DNA of 64,000 bases from contig NW_026782359.1 of NCBI RefSeq assembly GCF_031769215.1, positions 310,001 to 374,000 on the forward strand, given 5' to 3'. A model generated the notes under the pieces. That model was not told where the DNA came from, did not search any database, and saw only the letters and a program-made list of their open reading frames with translations. This stretch comes from Ylistrum balloti (taxonomy: Eukaryota). Shown here in pieces: positions 26,197 through 39,440 of the stretch. The translations under genes were made by a program, and so were the position numbers. Position 1 is the first letter of the stretch. The number at the start of each line of letters is the position of its first letter.

Positions 26197-27480
26197 GTAC
26201 GTGGAATCGGCAACTTAATGAAGACACGTGGTATCGGTTACTTACTGTAGACACGTGGTATCGGCAACTTAATGAAGACACGTGGTATCGGTTACTTACT
26301 GAAGACACGTGGTATCGGCAACTTAATGAAGACACGTGGTATCGGTTACTTACTGAAGACACGTGGTATCGGCAACTTAATGAAGACACGTGGTATCGGT
26401 TACTTACTGAAGACACGTGGTATCGGCAACTTAATGAAGACACGTGGTATCGGTTACTTACTGAAGACACGTGGTATCGGCAACTTAATGAAGACACGTG
26501 GTATCGGTTACTTACTGAAGACACGTGGTATCGGCAACTTAATGAAGACACGTGGTATCGGTTACTTACTGAAGACACGTGGTATCGGCAACTTAATGAA
26601 GACACGGGGTATCGGTTACTTACTGAAGACACGTGGTATCGGTTACTTACTGAAGACACACAGTATTAGTGACTTACTGAAGACACGCGGAATCGCTAAC
26701 TTACTGAAGACACATGGTATCGGCAACTTAATGAAGACGCGTGGTATAGGTAACTTACTGAAGACACGTAGAATCGGTAAGTTACTGAAAACACATGGTA
26801 TCGATAATTTTTACTTAAGACACATGGTATTGGTAATTTACTGAAGACACGTGGAATCGGTAACTTACTGAAGACACGTAGAATCGGTAAGTTACTGAAA
26901 ACACATGGTATCGGCAATTTAATGAAGACGCGTGGTATAGGTAACTTACTGAAGACACGTAGTATAGGTAACTTACTGAAGAAATGTGGTATCGCTAACT
27001 TACTAAAGACACGTGGTATCGGTAACTTACTGAAGACACGAGGTATCGGTAACTTACTGAAGAAATGTGGTATCGCTAACTTACTAAAGACACGTGAGAT
27101 CGATAATTTACTAAAGACACGTGGTATCGATAACTTACTGAAGAAATGTGGTATCGCTAACTTACTGAAGTCATGTGTTATCGGTAACTTATTGATTGCA
27201 TCTGGTATATTAGGTTAATTAAGACACATGGTACATCATGCTAACTAAAGACACGTGGTATAGCATGTCAAAAAAGACACGTTATATATCATGTTCACAA
27301 TGACATGTGGTGTAGCGTGTTAACAAATTACACGTGGTGTAGCATGTTAACTAAAGACACGTGCTGTAGCATGTTAACAAATTACACGTGATGTAGCATG
27401 TTAACGAAAGACACTTGGTGTAGCAAGTTAACTGAAGACATGTGCTGTAGCATGTTAACGAAAGACATTTGGTGTAGCTT
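26197..27480. repeat. 27-bp minisatellite organised as a 54-bp dimer, with a diverged ~28-bp tail subfamily
   Basis: GAAGACACGTGGTATCGGCAACTTAAT alternates with GAAGACACGTGGTATCGGTTACTTACT from about 26220 to 26650. Units are diverged to about 27230, followed by GACACGTGCTGTAGCATGTTAAC-type units to about 27480. Confidence 0.96.
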
Positions 27481-30094
27481 TTTAAACCACCCAAACACCA
27501 TGGAAAAAAGAAATAACGTGAACGCTCACAAGTTATTAAACTAACTGACGCTTATCAAACCACACTGTTGAAAGATGTGTTGTAAATTCAAAACTAGTAA
27601 AAGAAATGCTTTGATTATTGATAGAATCATGTTTTATTATCGAAATATTTTTTTTGAAAATCCCCATAAATATTATTTTTCATTTTATTTAATTTTTTTC
27701 TATTTTTTTATTCTAACTTTTAATTTATTTCTTTTTTTTTTTTATTTTCCCCCCAAACACCAGTTTTAGCTTCTGGAATAGTGATGAATTTATACAATGC
27801 AATAAAGCCATGCAACACTAACCAGGATCCAAGTCGCTTTTACAGAGTATTACTCCTCTGTGGGTCGTAAACAGGCGTCGAGTATTACCCCGCTGTGTGT
27901 AGTAAACACATGTCATTCGGTAGCTATAGCTACGCCTTAAACCTAATTGTCATTATATTAGTATTATATCAAAATCGTGTAATCCTACTTTTTGTTTTTT
28001 TACTTATTGGACTGTTTTTCTCTATTGAGAACGGTCGGTCGAGTTTCGACGTATTAGTCCACCCGATGAATGAGGCATGAGGGACAGTTTAACTTAAAAG
28101 TTCAATGCAGTTAAATTGTTCAGCAGGATTCCACTGGGTGCAATGTAATGCACATGAAACGTCCACTATGGATGTCTTGTGCCAGGTTAGTGACACCATA
28201 GCCCACGAGTAGGAAATCCATCTCTGCTAACATGGACATCGTCTTAAGCTGAAGACATGAATCTACTGACACACCACTAAATAAAGAGGGTCTTAACATT
28301 AAGTTTCAAGTTCACAGTGGGAATTTTTTTGGGGGGAAATATCGGATGAAATGGCACATGTACCAGAGATGGTGTTTCGCCAGCGACAATGCGTTTTGAT
28401 CAAAATTTCTGAAGGTGCCTGGATGTCTCGCAGGATGTCAATACCTCATGCTGAGATCGATAAACTTTACACATAAATGACAATGGTCCCTTTTAATAGA
28501 TCATTACCTCAGAAAACTGTCTGTGATAGTAAACATAATGTCAAGTGTTGTGATTAAACGGGTCTGAAATACGTTAGAAGTATTTGCACAATCACATAGC
28601 GGAAATCATCGTTTTAATGACACTAGAGCGATTGTAAAAACCAGGATACAGCAAATTTTTTTTTTTTTTTTTTAAATTGAAAATTGGATTTAAAATCCTC
28701 GGGAGACACATTACTTGCTAAATAGCCCACCATTGTCTGAAAGGTATATTTGTGTTATTACAAGTTGGGTGTCCCCCGGTTTATTGGAGGCTGAAGCTTT
28801 TTACCGGAAATTATGTTTTTAATATTTACATAATGAGAAAGCGGCAGTAAGCCACCACGTAAATAACACTGCAAACATTGTATGACTCGGTCGCAAAAAT
28901 GAAACGTCTCTTTAAAATCTGTTTACATGCTCCGGTTACCTTAGTGTAAATACCTGACCGGGGACTATCGGAGGGCGAATTTATTATAAAAATACTAGTT
29001 TTTAAGTCTCTTTCGAATGTTCTAAGATTGTCATCGCGTCTGAATTGCTATGCAACAAAACCATGACGTTTTGTATAACAACTGAATTATTCTATAGAAA
29101 AAAGCGATGCCTCCCGGACGATACAATTGAACTTTCGCTATACACTCGATGATCTACCTTTTTTCGAGATTCATCTCTAGAATCAGCATTCCAAAATTGT
29201 TGATGTTTTAGATACCACACTACATACACAAGTCTTTCCAAAGCGGTTTTGGTAAATGAAAACTGCACTTTTATATTTCTAACTTGCTTAATATATCTAT
29301 TACATAAACAAGAACATTTTAGGTCGATAAAAAGGGGTTCTAGAAATTGCACTAATCGTCAGCATGTTGCGCTATCGGGTACATCATATTCTTTAGTGTG
29401 TAATTTAAGAACGCGATGAAGTTGAAGTTCTTTGTTTTGAATATAAGAATAAAAATGATATGTATGAAACCACACTCCGGATCCATTTTCCAGGAGTTGT
29501 GAGTTCGGTTGTTATACATATCGAAAAAAATCATTATTAAACCGAACCGCTTTTCGGATGCTTTACACTCATCAAAATGTCATACACACATAAAGGCATA
29601 ATGAAAAAAAGACGATATTGCCTAAATTGATGATAATATGCCTGCCAGTGATAAAAGTGTATGACAGGAGACATTGCTCTCTATGTATAGCGCGCTGGCT
29701 TTAGGCGATACAGTTATATTTATCAGGGGTTGTTTGTAACAGTGTTACATTGAAATCAACTTTATGTATACAGAAAATCATACACGTTTACGTCACATCA
29801 AAAGTATCACAAGGCGCTTCTTGTTATAGATAAATAAAGAGACCTGGCTTGTTGTTCCACTGCATGGAGACTGCAATTAATACTGTCTAAGCTACACTGC
29901 CAGGATGATGCAAGCATTTTAGAGTAAGCTGCTAAGTAGAGAACAGAAGTGATAATTTCAAGCACATCTATCTTCAGTATAATTTTCAGAAAGAAGTAAG
30001 ACATGATTTGTTATATTTATAGACCAGGTATAGCTATAGATATATCAGATGTTTGGGCCACTTGATTTAACTGACGACAAAACAAACGTTATCA

Positions 30095-30175
30095 CCACTG
30101 ATTTCAGTGGTCACGTGACTGCCACTGCTTTCAGTGGTCACATGACTTCTTCTGATTTCAGTGGTGGTGACATGT
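30095..30175. repeat. Three 27-bp units, each built from two palindromes
   Basis: CCACTG-ATTT-CAGTGG plus GTCACGTGAC (30110-30119). The second unit starts at 30122 and carries GTCACATGAC. The third is degenerate. Confidence 0.85.
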
Positions 30176-33100
30176 ATTTATGTTTGGTTATGAAAGTACA
30201 GCAAATATAGAACCACGGTAACCTGTTACAGAAAATTACAAGAAAATTACAAGTTAATAACTTGTTTCTGAAACAAATCGATTTCGTTGTTAATGTATCC
30301 TTTTCGTGGTTCATGCATCATACATTCCCAGAGAATATCATTCTACAAGAGTTAGTTCCCCTTGTATCACTTTCTCGGGTATGACAGCAAAATGGGACCA
30401 AGAACGAGAGCACATAAAATTTGTCAGTTTCTGTATAGGAAGGAATATAATTATCGTTAGGAATGTTATCTATATAAGAATCTATAAGCAATACTAGTTT
30501 GTTAGCGGTAAATCCAGCATACCCTAGACTAATTATGCAGTCCTTTCAGGACATGAATATCGGACTTTATCCTGCAACTGCGCTGCATTGTTGTGACAAA
30601 CAAATTTATTGAAGAGAATTCATAATTTTTTTTTTTTTTTTTTTTATCCATTGAAGTGTGTTACTATATTTCCGTGCGGAGTAATTATTTTGACGTGGGT
30701 CATAAAGGTAGCAGTACACAATTTCTCCATATGGTCATGGGTGATATTTTTGTTAATCAGATTACCCCATTATAAAGGCCTTAATTGAAATTTGAAAAAT
30801 AAATCCTTGCTAAAATTGGTCTTGTCATATTGAAGTGGACAATGCGGGGCTTTACATTTTTCAGAGTAATATTTTTGCATTGTGTTGGAGATTACTATTT
30901 GGGCGGTCTCAAATCTGTGTCTACACAGCAAAATCTAGCTTTACCAACGCACAATTCAGCGTAACGTCAACTTCGGGTGAACAAATGTTGGAAACCCTGA
31001 CAAAGTGTAAAGAATATAATCGATTGTCTGAATTTTCAATAAGTGTTACGGGGCAGATAGACAAAAGTGGTTCGCCAAAGGCTTGCCATGCACCTTTGTG
31101 TTTATTTACCCTCTCTAAAGTACGGTTTATATTCTAAAATACTGGCCATGTATCCTCTATTAAGCACTGCACCGGATTTTGTTTATGACTCAACTTTCGA
31201 AAGTTGTGTATCCGGTGTATCTATTTTTGCAATTTTAGCTCATTCTCGAAAAAGCAACAAAAGTAGTCTATTAAAAATAGTACTGTAGAATTATATAAAT
31301 CCTAATGTTATGTATCACATTTCCTAAAATGTGCCCAATTGTATAGAACCATGACCGGTTGGTATTATTCGTAATAACACCTTAGTATGTATTGCTATCT
31401 ACGTGATTTTGGTATTGCAAACTATGTCAGTGCACCTGATAAAAGGGTTTTTTTCTACTAAAACGATCATTGGAGCATACCCAAATTAACGTAGTCTGTA
31501 AAAATGATATGTGACAAACCGTTGGTGTATCGTGCGACATTGAGCTTGACAGGCATAATCACCGTACGGGGCAACGCCAGAGATAAGGGAATGCTAAAGC
31601 AGGGGACTGTGATTGTCGCCAAATCGATGAAATTACAGTGAATTGGCCCTGACTGAGCACCGCCATGCCAGCCATAACTACATACAAGGAACTGGCAGAA
31701 AGTTTGTACATAATAACATTACCTCTTACATCTCTACACACTTTGTAGCTGAAACCGTTTGGCAGACAACGCTATGTGGATACAGTTGAATTATTGTAGA
31801 GGGCGCTCTTTTAACTTCATTAGTCCATAGACATAAACTTGGGTGTTGAAATAAGACATTAGTCATTATCGTATTTCTTCTGCCCTACAATTTTCTATTT
31901 TTAAAGAATATCCCTCTTTCTCGATTTTGTGAAAATACAAATTTCTACATCAATATTTATTACATCGTTATGTGATGTTAGAAAGCTGATTAAATTGGGT
32001 TGATGGTATCAGGGCAGGTCGTGCATGACTTCCTTTCTCAACAAAATACATAGTCCGTGCGAGTAAAACAGCTGCCATAACCTTAAGTAAATATTGTCCT
32101 ACATATAATTAAACTCTTCCTCAGTGAATAGAACATCTGATTATCATGGACTCTGATGGTTTCGTGATGTCACGGGATGAATTCCTCATTTGTAAAGTGA
32201 GCTTGTTGGAACCGTGCGAAACAATATATATGATTAATTGTTATGGCTAGCATATCTAAATTCGATGGAAGCTCAAAGGGAATTATATAGCAAGTACAAA
32301 CATCTTTAAAACTTTTCCATTTCATATATCTACTCAGCCACCTTGATGAATAGACTCTATCAGAGATAGGACTCCCATGGAAGCGTCTCAGTGACGTTGA
32401 TGCGATGTCTTTGTTCCCCAAGGTCTAAACACATAATCATTCGTGTCTCATATAATGCAAAGTTAACGAGTGTTTAATCGATAACTAAGTGTGTCTTCTT
32501 CACAGATAATCAAATTTGTGGTGTTTGCTTTTATTTTAAATCAAGAGATGAGAAAGTCCTTGGTGTATTGACAGAAGTATTAATAGCCCCCTTTGATCTT
32601 TTTCCGCTTAAAAGATACGACCTTGGAGTTTCAGGGTATGAACCCAAAGTGTGCATTTGTAGACATTTTATTACATCAAATACCTCATTGTTTTATTCCT
32701 GGTTACACTAGTCGTGACAGGGAACACATTTACAGGGAAACATCTCGATATCTGTTCACATATACGCTCGGTATTTTATTGATATGTGTACAAGTTCATT
32801 GATGTGTTTCCAACTGCAACACAAATGCAACCTACAGTTTTATGGAAATTATAACCCTTTTTTTGTTAATGATATAATGGACAGATATGTTTCCTATCTT
32901 CCAACTGCGACAAGGAAGGTAATTCAATGATGCGACCCGCATGCAGGTCTCAGGATAAAAATGGTTCCTAATTTCTTCTAACTAAAAGAAAACATCAATA
33001 CATTGCAGCATAAAATGAGCAGACAAGCGCCATCATGCAAGATGTACACCTAATTATGTGGCGAATCCATGTAAGATTCCAACACAAAGTACCAACCAAG

Positions 33101-33744
33101 CGTGGTCAGTTTCCTTATCATTAACTTTCTAAATTATTATATAGGGATTTGTTATTGTGCAAAATATCAAAACGGTTATGATATCTTAACATTTCATATC
33201 ATTGAATTAAGATACTTTGGTAAATGCTTAGTTTCTGTCGTTGGTTGTTCAGAATAGATGTGCAAATGATTCCAAAAGCAATTTTTGTCTTATCGTGTGT
33301 CAAGGCTAGAACAAACTTTTCTCGACCAAAAATAGTTTAGCCAAGATATAATCATTACAGGTAAAACAGTTCAATATTGTAGTGACAGCACCCTGCTAAA
33401 TAATGCCAATCACTCCAAACGTTAGTGATAATAATTATCAATCCCATGGTATATAAAAAGATCTGAGCAAGGATATATATATGTGGTATGGCGAAGTTCT
33501 CATTAAAGAGAAAAACATCCACAAATGTATTTTCAGACCTCCGCAATGCAGTTTATCGTTTTTATTTTCTATTCGTACATTTGATACAACCCTACAGTAT
33601 ATCAACGTAGGCTGAGTTTCAACATCTATCTTAACATTCAATTAAATTGTAAGCTATACCTAATATGTATGTTTTTAACATTATAGAACGATATAACGAT
33701 CATCGTCAACATGTATATATTACACTGCCATTTTATCTTATCTT

Positions 33745-34549
33745 GTTTCCATGGCATTTCCTATTTACTTCTCTTATCACCTGCAACATACTCTCTGCTC
33801 CACTAATTGCAGTTACGTAATTTGTTCCAAATTTTAAAACTTAGGTGGCATTTTCCATTTGCTACTGTGCTCATAAGGGTATAAATTGAAACAGGAAGTA
33901 AGAAATGTGAAAACCGATTTGAGTTTGTTTATTGTTTTATTGTTTTTAATTACCTGACGTTTCATCAGTTAGTGTTTCCAATATCAGCGAAGGTTAATTT
34001 CTTTGAAGAGAGATGCTGAAACGCGCTTATACTAATCGTGATCGAAACTGTCTTCCTGATCAACCTCGTGCTCGTCCATTAAAGGAAATCACGCTAGAAA
34101 TCTCTCAAGAGCAGACACTAATCCAATTCGCACGAGTAGTTAACATTGTATTCTCGTCTTGATCGAATCAACATTCGGATGACTTAAAGTTATTGTTTTC
34201 ATTTACGATCAATTTGTTCCGTCGTTGCTTTTTAGTACTTGTTGAACTATCCTGTGTAGCAGATATCAGGTAAGGCCTAAATGAAAGTGGAATATGTTGC
34301 CGGAAATTGGTTCGCATTGCGAATCTTTGAATTAGTTGTTGTCATAGTAACGAGTTATAGATACCATCATTCAGCAAACAGGAAATGATGAGTTTGTGCT
34401 CGTTTTATCTTTATGCTCCTTTGTCATGTGATTCAGAAAGTAAAATTATAAGAGTAACATAATAGGACATATCGGAAGTTATAAAAACAGCAATCACGCT
34501 CACGCTGCTTTGAGAACTCGAAAATTCACATTACAGTTGCTATGGTAAC
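33745..34549. promoter_or_regulatory. Cluster of RFX X-box motifs in a CpG-enriched stretch with splice-donor motifs
   Basis: GTTGCTATGGTAAC (34536-34549), GTTGTCATAGTAAC (34338-34351) and a degenerate GTTTCCATGGCATT (33745-33758). Minus-strand donor CAG|GTAATT at 33954/33953 and plus-strand donor CAG|GTAAGG at 34269/34270. Confidence 0.5.
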
Positions 34550-36027
34550 TCTTAAACGTTTTTTGTAATGTTACTAGTGAATAGTCATCCAAACCAGTCT
34601 GCCTTTGGACCTTGCTTCATAAGAATAGACATTTCGTGAGCTCTTTTGACTATATTTCATTTCAAAATCTACTTCACACTGCTTTCACAAAACCTACGAT
34701 TGGTATGACCTTTAGTTCAGAGACATAGACAGTATCATAGAACACAGAAGCCAGATGGTATGTGTCATTAGTATGTATTGTTTTTGGTCATGGAGGAGAA
34801 TTTTCAGATTGGTACAAAGGACATGTTGTGAAAAATGAGGTTAGCTGCAATGGTCTTGGCAACAGTTGTAATCTTGGTAATTGGAAATATAAGCAAACTT
34901 AAATATATAGGAGATATTCGGAGTTTACTAGGCAAATGTTATGATACAGCATATATCTTTATAAACTCTAACTGATATATGATTTCGGTTGTTTTTTTTT
35001 GTTTTGTTTTGTTTTTTATTTTTACTCATTTTTGACTGCGGTTTATGTGTGTTTATAAACTCGCACTTGATACATCATCATTATAACCTCAGTAACCCTA
35101 GCTGGATAAGCGTACACCTTGAGAATCTGAGGTGTCTGTCGGTTTTGTTATTATATACCTTATTCTCATTTCGGAACGTGACATTATACCTGTACACGGA
35201 GGCTATCATTGATGAAGGAAAAGACGCTTACCCTTCCAGAACACATTTTCTTATTGTTCGTATATTTGGTAAAAGTGTTATTGTAAATCATTACTCCTAT
35301 CTTGTTCCCATTATATCGACCTTTAGTTCGAATTGAAATATTCATATTCTTTTTTTGAAAGGCGTATTTGTCACTTTTATTCAAAACACGTTTGATAGTG
35401 GTAAGTCTTTAATATTTAAGCAAATTGGTAAAAAGACGTGTCGTAGCTGAAACGTTGGTATGAACTGTGAAGTTAGTCATAGATTTAGGATATTGCTTAA
35501 GATATTTCTCCTTTGGTATTCTATATTTTTTTCAACTTTGAAGACAAGGCCCATGCAGTCTTACTTTGATGTAGGTCTAAATAGGTCTTTATTGAAACAT
35601 GTTCTTTTCTTTCTCTGTCCATGTGCCAAACATTTGAGACAAAAGTTTCAAAGATTTTACGCCTGAACGACACGCAGGCATTTGTTGCTGACTAGACACC
35701 AAAGATGATTAATATTTTTTATCTGGTTACTCGTACCCTTGATCTGTTACAGCTTAACACTATCTATCGTCACAGATTGTTTCTTCCAGACAACGCGACC
35801 TGTAGGGTGAAGCTGAGACGAACGAGCCTATTAGAACGAATCGACATTTGTCACGTCATAGCTACAACATCCACATTGGACTGTAAGAGACGAACAATGG
35901 ATTACACGGGTAACAATTTCCTCGGGATGAGACATACAATAATTCATATCCTTTTAGCTTGCGAAGACATAGAAACAATTAATGATTCAAACAGTAATTG
36001 AGTTTATCGCTTGACCACATAAAAAGA

Positions 36028-36238
36028 TTTCTGTTAACTCGATGTGTAGTACCTACATGATCTGACTTTCTACAACACGTTTCTGTTAACTCGATGTGTA
36101 GTACCTACATTATCTGACTTTCTACAACACGTTTCTGTTAACTCGATGTGTAGTACCTACATTATCTGACTTTCTACAACCCGTTTCTGTTAACTCGATG
36201 TGTAGTACTTACATTATCTGACTTTCTACAACACGTTT
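36028..36238. repeat. 52-bp tandem repeat x4
   Basis: TTTCTGTTAACTCGATGTGTAGTACCTACATTATCTGACTTTCTACAACACG starts at 36028, 36080, 36132 and 36184. The copies are near-identical and have no spacers. Confidence 0.97.
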
Positions 36239-39200
36239 AAGTAAAGAAGTTGTACTTGTGGTATTTGTTGTAATTGTCTATATAAGGAAGCAAAACAAAC
36301 ATTGCCGGTGTACTGTTTTACTCTGATATGACTCTAACCTTTTCTATGCTGACTTCTAATTCATTAGTGAAATGATGCAGAATTTCCGATACGGGCCTGC
36401 CATGTGTAATGTATCTCGAATGGTTAAGCTTTATGAGTTTGAGCACACCTATGAATGACAAATACATGTAAATGTAAAAACATAAGTTGACTTACTGTAG
36501 CACTGAATGATTATAAAACAACATCTATGACATCATTGCTGTTGAAATGAAAACAAAAATCGTAACTAAAATTAAATAGGAATGTAAAATTTCCTTGCAG
36601 GTGTTAGTTAAAGCCAGTTTCATGTGGCAGTTTTAATATTTTTTTCAATGATTTCTGGGTACTCATAACAAAAAAATTCAACGAAATGGTAAAAAGTTAA
36701 AAAGTGGAATTAGTGTTTTGCCAGTGGGTTTTTAAATGTTATTTATGAAAGAAATGCTCTATATGAAATTTGAACACCACGAAAAAATATAATTTTACAA
36801 TAAAATATATCAATATAACTTATAATTAAAACACACTTTAGCTGAAGCAAAGATTTTCTAATACGATATAGACGGAACGTTGTACAGAAATATGTTTTAT
36901 CAATATAATGTGGCATCCGTGTATGACCACACAACAAGTGGCCAGGCGGGACAGTTGTACGTTGGTTTCTGCTAATACCGCGATCACCCATACAGTGTTC
37001 AGTTTTAGATCAATATTAGAAACCAACATTAGATAATGTTCTGGGCACGCGCCGCCGTATCAATGGGTATTTGAAGATATACACGTGTTACAATGATAAC
37101 AGGTAACGTCCACATTTTATTAAAATAAATTGATTCATTAATTGATATCGGCCTGGTGATCAAAAACGACAAAGGAAGCCGTATCATAACCTGTTGCCTA
37201 TTGGTATTGTTGAGGTGTAATATATAGATACACAGACAAGCTATTTTGTTCTGATATTGAATATATTCTGTAATCAAATGAACGAAGTTTAAAGCAACAG
37301 ACACATAACTTATACAATAGCATCACGATAGTTTACCAGTAAATAACACAACAAATCAGGTAAATATTTGATAGGACAGGGACGTTAATGAAATATATTC
37401 GTACCATGGATAACAGTCAAAATGTGTGCGGTATGCATGCTTGTAACTGTATTATACCAATACAAAGCGTATTTAACCATAACTGGTATTGTAAAAACAA
37501 ATGTGTAGATGAAACACATACGTCAGAGAAAAAAAAACCCTTTTGTTATGTTTCCAACTAAACAATTGAAGATGAAATATATTGCATCAGAACAAGAATA
37601 GAGCAAGAATATTTCTTCTAATTAATCAACGAGGGACCAAAAACTCCATTGTACATGACGAAATATCACGCAGCTTATTTTCCCTATGGATCTGGTCACG
37701 TATAGCAAGATATCAAATTTCAAATAATCAAATCAGGAAAACTATTTTTTAAAGATAGGAAGACGTTTCAGAGACTTCATATTTTTCTTACGATATATGA
37801 GGAAATATCACACAATTGGACACGTACAGCAAAACACATGCATAAAACATCATTAGCGCTCAAATAGTATTACCATATTAAATGTGAATCATTGATAATT
37901 AAGGTACAAAACACATATCCACCCAAACAATTATAACCGCTGGGTAATATATACATCTTTAAAGTATTAAAGTTCAAATCAGACATAGAATCTCTTCGAC
38001 CAAACTGTACAGTTAGTGGAAAGACAAGTAGTTTCCGCCTTCAAATACCAAACAGAAGGATAATCAGTTCTGAAAGACGTGTTAGCTTATAAACCCATAT
38101 TTAATCATAAAAAACTGCAGGAATCTAGAACGTCCTGTTTTACTTCAATGCTTGAACGGAAGAGAAATGTGATTCGTGTGAAATGGGGGCATATACTAAT
38201 TTACTTGTGATTAATGTTTACAGATGACGCCTCCCGGTATGCGAAATGGCTTGTGTATTGTCTCCTCAGAAAACACAGCTGATCAATTTCACGAATGTAC
38301 TTCAAGCCATTGTAAACAGAAGATGAAGGAGCTGTTTATGATATGATAAAGGTTTCCGTCTTGGCCTTTTATTGATATTTTCAAAACCTAAGACATGAGC
38401 AGGAGAAGCACAGCCTCGGACTAGAAAAGGTATGATTCATGTCGCATGGAATAAACTGCTTGTCATTAAATGGGCAGTACACAGCAGATTGATTCGGAAA
38501 GGTAAACCAAAACTAAAACATTGACATTAATATTCACCATTTACCATCATTCACCTGACGATGTAAAAGGCTAGGAGACAAGAAATCAGCATTTAAGACA
38601 CAGCGGAATGTAATTAATATCAATATCTATAACCACATCTAGGATTATGCCAGTTAATTCACTACTCTTTTATATGCACATAAAAAAAAGCGATAACACC
38701 ATATCATGATTTATCAGATAAAATCAGGAAATGGCTTCTGCATTTGTCTGCAGACAGGATGAAGTATTTCTACATATCTGAGGCTTTCTATAATAACCAT
38801 TATATTTGGTGATAAACGAAAACATGTCGCTGTTTCCACTATCTGCTGTTAGCAGTTTATGTCTGGCTTAGTGACTTAATGCTTTCATTCCCCAGAGTAA
38901 TCACTGATCAAATTTGTGTTCTTCACTACGGCATCTCAGCTGTATTTGCCATCAGAAATTGTCCTAAGTGAATTTGTTACTAAACACAAAAATGACACTG
39001 ATGAAATATGAAAAAACAGACTTGCAAGACTAAAATGTCATATTAAATTGAAAACGCATGTATTATTGGTGTTGACAGAAGAAGAGATGAGAGGCGTCAA
39101 AATTGTTACGGTAGGACGGAGTTTAGACATATGACAGACTCCGACGGGATTCGTAACAATATGTCATTAATAGCGCGGAAGTGGGAGACCAATATATTTG

Positions 39201-39440
39201 GAAGACTAGGGCAGGAGAGAGGCATGTAAATGGTCGACGATTCGAAGTTAAAATGAAATCTCATCAGGTTCATCTTGTGACAAATTATTTGACAAGTATA
39301 ATTCACCGCAAAATTGAAGCTTATTTCTCGATTGTTTGGTTTCGTTGTCTATATAATTGATAACTTTGTAACGTAAATCCCGTTCAAACGCGTAAATAGA
39401 TCACATGCATATACCAGTTATAGCGCAATATTTACTCGTT

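Noticed and set aside
23896-27218. ORFs of 73-216 aa in the 17-mer and 27-mer arrays
   Set aside because: Translations of tandem repeats with no unique coding sequence.
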